The notes beneath the pieces were generated by a model. That model had not been told where the DNA came from and did no database searches. It saw nothing but the letters and a program-made list of their open reading frames with translations. A stretch of DNA of 64,000 bases from Eledone cirrhosa (taxonomy: Eukaryota): NCBI GenBank assembly GCA_964016885.1, contig OZ024741.1, forward strand, positions 25,668,001-25,732,000, written 5' to 3'. Position numbers and translations under genes: made by a program. This document shows, in pieces, positions 51,901 to 64,000 of this stretch (position 1 is the stretch's first letter; every line of letters starts with the position of its first letter).

Positions 51901-54900
51901 ACAATACCACAAACACCAACAACAATACCACCAACACCAACAACAATACCACCACCACCAACAACACCAACACCAACAACAATACCACCAACACCAACAA
52001 CAATACCACCAACAACAACAACAATACCACCAACACCACCAACACCAACAACAATACCACCAACACCAACACCAACAACAATACCACCAACACCACCGAC
52101 ACCAACACCAACAACAATACCACCAACACCAACAACACCAATACCACCAACACCAACAACAATACCACCAACACCAACAACACCAACACCAACAACAATA
52201 CCACCAACACCAACAACAATACCACCAACACCAACAACACCAACACCAACAACAATACCACCAACACCACCAACAACAATACCACCAACACCAACAACAA
52301 TACCACCAACACCAACAACACCAACACCAACAACAATACCACCAACACCAACAACAATACCACCAACAACACCGACACCAACAACAATACCACCGACACC
52401 AACAACAACAACACCAACACCAACAACACCAACACCGACAACAATACCACCAACACCAATACCACCAACACCAACAACAATACCACCGACACCAACAACA
52501 CCAACACCAACAACAATACCACCAACACCAACAACAATACCACCAACAAACAATACCCACCGGACGACACCAACAACACCAACACAAAACAAACAATACC
52601 ACCCAACACCAACAACAATACCACCAGCACAACACACCGACACCAACAACAATACACCAACACCAACAACAATACCACCAACACCAATCCTACAAACACA
52701 ACAACAATACCACCGACACCAACAACACCACACCAACAACAATACCACCAACACAACAACAATACACCAACACCCAACACAACAAACACCAACAACAACA
52801 CCACCATACCCACAACACCAACAACAATACCACCACACCACCAACAAACACCAACACCAACAACAACCACACAACAACAATACCACCTACACCAACAACC
52901 AACACCACACAACAATACCACCAACACCAACAACAATACCACCAACACCAACAACAACAACACCAACACCAACAACAATACCACCAACACCAACAACAAT
53001 ACCACCAACACCAACAACAATACCACCAACAACAACAACACCAACAACAACACCAACAACAACACCAACACCAACAACAATACCACCAACACCACCAACA
53101 CCAACACCAACACCAACAACAATACCACCAACACCAACAACAATACCACCAACAACAACAACACCAACAACACCAACACCAACAACAACACCAACACCAA
53201 CAACAATACCACCAACACCAACAACAACAACACCAACACCAACAACAATACCACCAACACCAACAACAATACCACCAACACCAACAACAACAACACCAAC
53301 ACCAACAACAACACCGACACCAACAACAATACCACCAACACCAACAACAATACCACCAACAACAACAACACCAACACCAACAACAATACCACCGACACCA
53401 CCGACACCAACAACAATACCACCAACACCACCAACACCACCACCAACACCAACAACAATACCACCAACACCAACAACAATACCACCAACAACAACAACAC
53501 CAACAACACCAACACCAACAACAACACCAACACCAACAACAATACCACCAACACCAACAACAACAACACCAACACCAACAACAATACCACCAACACCAAC
53601 AACAATACCACCAACACCAACAACAACAACACCAACACCAACAACAACACCGACACCAACAACAATACCACCAACACCAACAACAATACCACCAACACCA
53701 ACAACAACAACACCAACACCAACAACAACACCGACACCAACAACAATACCACCAACACCAACAACAATACCACCAACAACAACAACACCAACACCAACAA
53801 CAATACCACCGACACCACCGACACCAACAACAATACCACCAACACCAACAACAATACCACCAACAACAACAACACCGACACCAACAACAATACCACCAAC
53901 ACCAACAACAATACCACCAACAACAACAACACCAACACCAACAACAATACCACCGACACCACCGACACCAACAACAATACCACCAACACCAACAACAACA
54001 ACACCGACAACAACAACAATACCACCAACACCAACAACAATACCACCGACACCAACAACACCAACACCAACAACAATACCACCAACACCAACAATAATAC
54101 CACCAACACCAACAACAATACCACCAACACCAACAACAACAACACCAACACCAACAACAATACCACCAACACCAACAACAATACCACCGACACCAACAAC
54201 AATACCACCAACACCAACACCAATACCACCAACACCAACAACAATACCACCAACACCAACAACAATACCACCGACACCAACACCAACACCACCAACAACA
54301 ATACCACCAACACCAACAACAATACCACCGACACCAACACCAACACCACCAACAACAATACCACCAACACCAACAACAATACCACCAACACCAACAACAA
54401 TACCACCAACACCAATACCACCAACACCAACAACAATACCACCGACACCAACAACACCAACACCAACAACAATACCACCAACACCAACACCAATACCACC
54501 AACACCAACAACAATACCACCAACACCAACAACAATACCACCAACACCAATACCACCAACACCAATACCACCAACACCAACAACAATACCACCAACACCA
54601 ACAACAATACCACCAACACCAACAACACCAACACCAACAACAATACCACCAACACCGACACCAACACCAACACCACCAACAACAATACCACCAACACCAA
54701 CAACAATACCACCAACACCAACAACAATACCACCAACACCAATACCACCAACACCAATACCACCAACACCAACAACAATACCACCAACACCAACAACAAT
54801 ACCACCAACACCAACAACAATACCACCAACACCAATACCACCAACACCAACAACAATACCACCGACACCAATACCACCGACACCAACAACAATACCACCA

Positions 54901-57900
54901 ACACCACCAACAACAATACCACCAACACCACCAACAACAATACCACCAACACCAACACCAACACCACCGACACCAACAACAATACCACCGACACCAACAA
55001 CAATACCACCGACACCAACAACAATACCACCGACAGCAACAACAATACCACCAACACCAACAACAATACCACCGACACCAACAACAATACCACCGACAGC
55101 AACAACAATACCACCAACACCAACAACAATACCACCGACACCAACAACAATACCACCGACACCAACAACAATACCACCGACAGCAACAACAATACCACCA
55201 ACACCAACAACAATACCACCAACACCAACAACACCGACAACAACACCACCAACACCAACAACAATACCACCGACAACAACAATACCACCGACAACAACAA
55301 CAATACCACCAACACCAACAACACCGACAACAACAACACCGACAACAACAACAATACCACCGACAAAAACAACAACAACACCGCCAACACCACCAACAAC
55401 AATACCACCGACACCAACACCACCAACACCAACAACACCAACACCAACACCAACACCAACAACAACAACAACAACAACAACAATACCACCAACACCAAAA
55501 ACAATACCGCCAACACCAACAACAACACCGACAACAACAACACCGACAACAACAACAATACCACCGACAACAACAACACCGACAACAACAACAATACCAC
55601 CGACAACAACAACAATACCACCGACAACAACAACACCGACAACAACAACAATACCACCAACACCAAAAACAATACCGCCAACACCAACAACAACAACACC
55701 GACAACAACAACAATACCACAGACAACAACAACAACACCTCAACAACAACAATACCACCAACACCAAAAACAATACCACCGACAACAACAACAATACCAC
55801 CGACAACAACAACACCGTCAACAACAACAACAACAATACCACCGACAACAACACCGACAACAACAACAATACCACCAACACCAAAAACAATACCACCAAC
55901 ACCAACAACAATACCACCGACAACAACAACAACACCGTCAACAACAACAACAACAATACCACCGACAACAACAACACCGACACCAACAACAACAACACCA
56001 ACAACAACAATACCACCGACACCAACACCACCAACACCAACACCAACACCACCAACACCAACAACAACAACACCAACACCAACAACAATACCACCAACAC
56101 CAACAATAATACCAACACCAACAACAATACCACCAACACCAACAACAATACCAACAACAATACCACCAACAACAATACCACCAACACCAACAACAATACC
56201 ACCAACACCAACAACAACACCGACAACAACAACAATACCACCAACACCAACACCAACAACAATACCACCAACACCAACAACAACAACACCGACAACAACA
56301 ACAATACCACCAACACCAACAACAACACCACCAACACCAACAACAATACCAACAACAATACCACCAACAACAATACCACCAACACCAACAACAATACCAC
56401 CAACACCAACAACAACACCGACAACAACAACAATACCACCAACACCAACACCAACAACAATACCACCAACACCAACAACAATACCACCAACACCAACAAC
56501 AATACGAACAACAATACCACCAACAACAATACCACCAACACCAACAACAATACCACCAACACCAACAACAATACGAACAACAATACCACCAACAACAATA
56601 CCACCAACACCAACAACAATACCAACAACAATACCACCAACACCAACACCAACAACATTACCACCAACACCAACAACAATACCACCAACAACAATACCAA
56701 CAACAATACCACCAACACCAACACCAACAACAATACCACCAACACCAACAACAACAACACCGACAACAACAACAATACCACCAACACCAACACCAACAAC
56801 AATACCACCAACACCAACAACAATACCACCAACAACAATACCACCAACAACAACAACAATACCACCAACACCAACACCAACAACAATACCACCAACACCA
56901 ACAACAATACCACCAACACCAACAACAACACCGACAACAACAACAATACCACCAACACCGACAGCAACAACAATACCACCAACACCAACAACAATACCAC
57001 CAACACCAACACCAACAACAATACCACCAACACCAACAACAATACCACCAACACCAACAACAATACCACCAACACCAACAACAATACCACCAACACCAAC
57101 AACAATACCACCAACACCAACAACAATACCACCAACACCAACAACAATACCACCAACACCAACACCAACAACAATACCACCAACACCAACAACAATACCA
57201 CCAACACCAACAACAATACCACCAACACCAACAACAATACCACCAACACCAACAACAATACCAACAACAATACCACCAACAACAATACCACCAACACCAA
57301 CAACAATACCAACAACACCAACAACAATACCACCAACACCAACAACAATACCACCAACACCAACAACAATACCACCAACACCAACAACAATACCACCAAC
57401 ACCAACAACAATACCACCAACACCAACAACAATACCAACAACAATACCACCAACAACAATACCACCAACACCAACAACAACACCGACAACAACAACAATA
57501 CCACCAACACCAACACCAACAACAATACCACCAACACCAACAATACCACCAACAACAACACCAACAACAATACCACCAACAACAATACCAACAACACCAA
57601 CAACAATACCACCAACACCAACAATACCACCAACAACAACACCAACAACAATACCATCAACAACAATACCACCAACACCAACAACAATACCAACAACAAT
57701 ACCACCAACAACAATACCACCAACACCAACAACAATACCACCAACACCAACAACAATACCAACAACAATACCACCAACAACAATACCACCAACACCAACA
57801 ACAATACCAACAACACCAACAACAATACCACCAACACCAACAACAATACCAACAACAATACCACCAACAACAATACCACCAACACCAACAACAATACCAA

Positions 57901-60900
57901 CAACAATACCACCAACAACAATACCACCAACACCAACAACAATACCAACAACAATACCACCAACAACAATACCACCAACACCAACAACAATACCAACAAC
58001 ACCAACAACAATACCAACAACACCAACAACAATACCAACAACAATACCACCAACAACAATACCACCAACACCAACAACAATACCAACAACAATACCACCA
58101 ACAACAATACCACCAACAACAATACCACCAACAATACCACCAACACCAACAACAATACCAACAACAATACCACCAACAACAATACCACCAACACCAACAA
58201 CAATACCACCAACAATACCACCAACAACAATACCACCAACACCAACAACAATACCACCAACACCAACAACAATACCAACAACAATACCACCAACAACAAT
58301 ACCACCAACAACAATACCACCAACACCAACAACAATACCAACAACAACAATACCACCAACACCAACAACAATACCACCAACACCAACAACAATACCAACA
58401 ACAATACCACCAACAACAATACCACCAACACCAACAACAATACCAACAACAATACCACCAACAACAATACCACCAACACCAACAACAATACCAACAACAC
58501 CAACAACACCAACAACAATACCAACAACAATACCACCAACAACAATACCACCAACAACAATACCACCAACACCAACAACAATACCACCAACACCAACAAC
58601 AATACCAACAACAATACCACCAACAACAATACCACCAACACCAACAACAATACCAACAACAATACCACCAACAACAATACCACCAACACCAACAACAATA
58701 CCAACAACACCAACAACAATACCAACAACAATACCACCAACAACAATACCACCAACACCAACAACAATACCACCAACACCAACAACAATACCAACAACAA
58801 TACCACCAACAACAATACCACCAACAACAATACCACCAACACCAACAACAATACCAACAACACCAACAACAATACCAACAACAATACCACCAACAACAAT
58901 ACCACCAACACCAACAACAATACCACCAACACCAACAACAATACCAACAACAATACCACCAACAACAATACCACCAACAACAATACCAACAACAATACCA
59001 CCAACACCAACAACAATACCACCAACACCAACAACAATACCAACAGCAATACCACCAACAACAATACCACCAACAACAATACCACCAACAACAATACCAA
59101 CAACACCAACAACAATACCAACAACAATACCACCAACAACAATACCACCAACACCAACAACAATACCACCAACACCAACAACAATACCAACAACAATACC
59201 ACCAACAACAATACCACCAACACCAACAACAATACCAACAACAATACCACCAACAACAATACCACCAACAACAATACCAACAACAATACCACCAACAACA
59301 ATACCACCAACACCAACAACAATACCAACAACAATACCACCAACAACAATACCACCAACACCAACAACAATACCACGAACACCAACAACAATACCAACAA
59401 CAATACCACCAACAACAATACCACCAACACCAACAACAATACCAACAACAATACCACCAACAACAATACCACCAACAACAATACCACCAACACCAACAAC
59501 AATACCACCAACACCAACACCACCAACACCAACAACAATACCACCAACACCAACAACAATACCACCAACACCAACAACAACAACACCAACACCAACAACA
59601 ATACCACCAACACCAACAACACCAACACCAACAACAATACCACCGACACCAACAACAATACCACCAACACCAATACCACCAACACCAACAACAATACCAC
59701 CAACACCAACAACAATACCACCAACACCAACAACAATACCACCAACACCAACAACAATACCACCAACACCAACAACACCAACACCAACAACAATACCACC
59801 AACACCAACAACAATACCACCAACACCAACAACAATACCACCAACACCAACAACAATACCACCAACACCAACAACAATACCACCAACACCAACACCACCA
59901 ACACCAACAACAATACCACCAACACCAACAACAACAACACCGACAACAACAACAATACCACCAACACCAACAACAATACCACCAACACCAACAACACCAA
60001 CACCAACAACAATACCACCAACACCAACAACACCGACACCAACAACAATACCACCAACACCAACAACAATACCACCAACACCAACACCACCAACACCAAC
60101 AACAATACCACCAACACCAACAACAACAACACCGACAACAACAACAATACCACCAACACCAACAACAATACCACCAACACCAACAACACCAACACCAAGA
60201 ACAATACCACCAACACCAACAACAATACCACCAACACCAACAACAACAACAATACCACCAACACCAACAACAACAACACCGACAACAACAACAATACCAC
60301 CAACACCAACAACAATACCACCAACAACAATACCACCAACACCAACAACAATACCACCAACACCAACAACAATACCACCAACACCAACAACAATACCACC
60401 AACACCAACACCAACACCACCAACACCAACAACACCAACACCAACAACAATACCACCAACACCAACAACAATACCACCAACAACAACAACACCAACACCA
60501 ACAACAATACCACCAACACCAACAACAATACCACCAACACCAACAACAATACCACCAACAACAACAACACCAACACCAACAACAATACCACCAACACCAA
60601 CAACAATACCACCAACACCAACAACAATACCACCAACACCAACAACACCAATACCACCAACACCAACAACAATACCACCAACACCAACAACACCAACACC
60701 AACAACAATACCACCGACACCAACACCAACAACACCAACACCAACAACAATGCCACCAACACCAACACCACCAACACCAACAACAATACCACCGACACCA
60801 ACAACAATACCACCAACACCAACAACACCAATACCACCAACACCAACAACAATACCACCAACACCAACAACACCAACACCAACAACAATACCACCGACAC

Positions 60901-63900
60901 CAACACCAACAACACCAACACCAACAACAATGCCACCAACACCAACACCACCAACACCAACAACAATACCACCGACACCAACAACAATACCACCAACACC
61001 AACAACACCAATACCACCAACACCAACAACAATACCACCAACACCAACAACACCAACACCAACAACAATACCACCAACACCAACAACAATACCACCAACA
61101 CCAACAACAATACCACCAACACCAACAACACCAACACCAACAACAATACCACCGACACCAACACCAACAACACCAACACCAACAACAATGCCACCAACAC
61201 CAACACCACCAACACCAACAACAATACCACCGACACCAACAACAATACCACCAACACCAACACCAATACCACCAACACCAACAACAATACCACCAACACC
61301 AACAACACCAACACCAACAACAATACCACCGACACCAACACCAACAACACCAACACCAACAACAATACCACCAACACCAACAACAATACCACCAACACCA
61401 ACAACAATACCACCAACAACAACAACAATACCACCAACACCAACAACAATACCACCAACACCAACAACAATACCACCAACACCAACAACAATACCACCAA
61501 CACCAACAACAATACCACCAACACCAACAACAATACCACCAACACCAACAACAATACCACCAACACCAACAACAATACCACCAACACCAACAACAATACC
61601 ACCAACACCAACAACAATACCACCAACACCAACAACAATACCACCAACACCAACAACAATACCACCAACACCAACAACACCAATACCACCAACACCAACA
61701 ACAATACCACCAACACCAACAACACCAACACCAACAACAATACCACCAACACCAACAACAATACCACCAACACCAACAACAATACCACCAACACCAACAA
61801 CACCAACACCAACAACAATACCACCGACACCAACACCAACAACACCAACACCAACAACAATGCCACCAACACCAACACCACCAACACCAACAACAATACC
61901 ACCGACACCAACAACAATACCACCAACACCAACACCAATACCACCAACACCAACAACAATACCACCAACACCAACAACACCAACACCAACAACAATACCA
62001 CCGACACCAACACCAACACCACCAACACCAACAACAATGCCACCAACACCAACACCACCAACACCAACAACAATACCACCAACACCAACACCAACACCAC
62101 CAACACCAACAACACCAACAACAATACCACCGACACCAACACCAACAACACCAACAACAATACCACCGACACCACCAACACCAACAACAATACCACCAAC
62201 ACCAACACCACCGACACCAACAACAATACCACCGACACCAACAACAATACCACCAACACCAACACCACCGACACCAACAACAATACCACCAACACCAACA
62301 CCACCAACACCAACAACAATACCACCAACACCAACACCAACACCACCGACACCAACAACAATACCACCGACACCAACAACAATACCACCGACACCAACAC
62401 CAACACCACCAACACCAACACCACCAACACCAACACCACCAACAACAATACCACCAACAACAATACCACCAACACCAACAACAACACCAACACCAACAAC
62501 AACACCACCAACACCAACAACAACAACACCAACAACAACAACACCGACACCAACAACAACAACACCGACACCAACAACAATACCACCAACACCAACAACA
62601 ATACCACCAACAACAATACCACCAACAACAATACCGACACCAACAACACCGACACCAACAACAACAACACCGACACCAACAACAACAACACCAACAACAA
62701 CAACACCGACACCAACAACAATACCACCGACACCAACACCAACACCAACAACACCGACACCAACAACAATACCACCAACACCAACAACAACAACACCGAC
62801 ACCAACAACAACAACACCGACACCAACAACAACAACACCAACACCAACAACAATACCACCAACAACAATACCACCGACACCAACACCAACACCACCAACA
62901 ACAACACCGACACCAACAACAATACCACCAACACCAACAACACCACCAACACCAACAACAACAACACCAACAACAACAACACCGACACCAACAACAATAC
63001 CACCAACACCAACAACAATGCCACCAACACCAACACCACCAACACCAACAACAATACCACCAACACCAACAACAACAACACCAACAACAACAACACCGAC
63101 ACCAACAACAATGCCACCAACACCAACAACAATACCACCAACAATACCACCAACAACAATACCACCAACAACAACAACACCACCAACACCAACAACAATA
63201 CCACCAACACGAACAACAATACCACCAACACCAACACCACCAACACCAATACCACCAACACCACCAACACGAACAACAATACCACCAACACACACCACCA
63301 ACACCAACACCACCAACACGAACAACAATACCACCAACACACACCACCAACACCAACACCACCAACACCAATACCACCAACACCACCAACACGAACAACA
63401 ATACCACCAACACACACCACCAACACCAACACCACCAACACGAACAACAATACCACCAACACACACCACCAACACCAATACCACCAACACCACCAACACC
63501 AACAACAATACCACCAACAACAATACCACCAACACCGACAACAACAACAATACCACCAACACCACCAACACCAACACCAACACCACCAACACCAATACCA
63601 CCAACACCACCAACACCAACACCACCAACACCAATACCACCAACACCACCAACACCAACAACAATACCACCAACACCAACAACAATACCACCAACAACAA
63701 TACCACCAACAACAATACCACCAACACCAACACCGACAACAACAATACCACCGACAACAACAACACCGACAACAACAACAACTGCAACACCACTAACTGC
63801 AACAGCAACAACACTAAATGCGGCACCAACAGTGACAACACCAACTGCACCAACAACTGCACTAACAGTGACAACACCAACTGCACCAACAACTGCACTA

Positions 63901-63928
63901 ACAGTGACAACACCAACTGCACCAACAA
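48979..63928. repeat. ~15-kb triplet-periodic array (ACA/CCA/ATA/GCA/CCG); dominant 21-bp unit ccaacaccaacaacaatacca
   Basis: Directly visible, with zoned sub-arrays and higher-order duplications. Coding status is unresolved. Confidence 0.95.
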
Positions 63929-64000
63929 ACCAATATGGACTGCAAGGGGGAGGAAACTGGTGTTTTCTTTAAAGACAAACCCCAGCTGGGTTTCTGGTGT

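Noticed and set aside
50017-63928. Minus-strand poly-L/V and C/W-rich giant ORFs (up to 4583 aa)
   Set aside because: They are alternative frames of the triplet array that stay open by composition and switch character at indels.

Overview
Repeat-dominated eukaryotic genomic DNA. The SINE, LINE and microsatellite landscape looks cephalopod (octopus-like), which is an inference. No conventional host gene is recognisable, and nearly all long ORFs in the track are artefacts of (TA)n or (ACM)n repeats. There are three zones. (1) 1-36.6 kb: multi-kb interrupted (TA)n arrays plus a 200-N gap, with many retroelement insertions. These are an apparently intact Naiad-type Penelope-like element (PLE; RT + GIY-YIG, 25943-28264), three RTE LINEs carrying a PHD-type C4HC3 finger inside the RT, two CR1-group 3' fragments, and several non-coding PLE 3' ends. 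By eye I found six complete type I hammerhead ribozyme motifs (four sequence families), one decapitated motif and one degenerate motif. Two of the PLE ends are long fold-back palindromes (193-bp and 553-bp arms). (2) 36.6-48.98 kb: old, decayed tRNA-derived SINEs, RTE/CR1 remnants, three TTAA piggyBac-type MITEs, and a 26-copy 49-bp minisatellite amplified from a SINE B-box region. (3) 48.98-63.93 kb: a ~15-kb triplet-periodic ACA/CCA/ATA/GCA array. It reads as mucin-like Thr/Pro on + and Gly/Val/Ile on -, and its coding status is unresolved. All coordinates and base pairings were read by hand.
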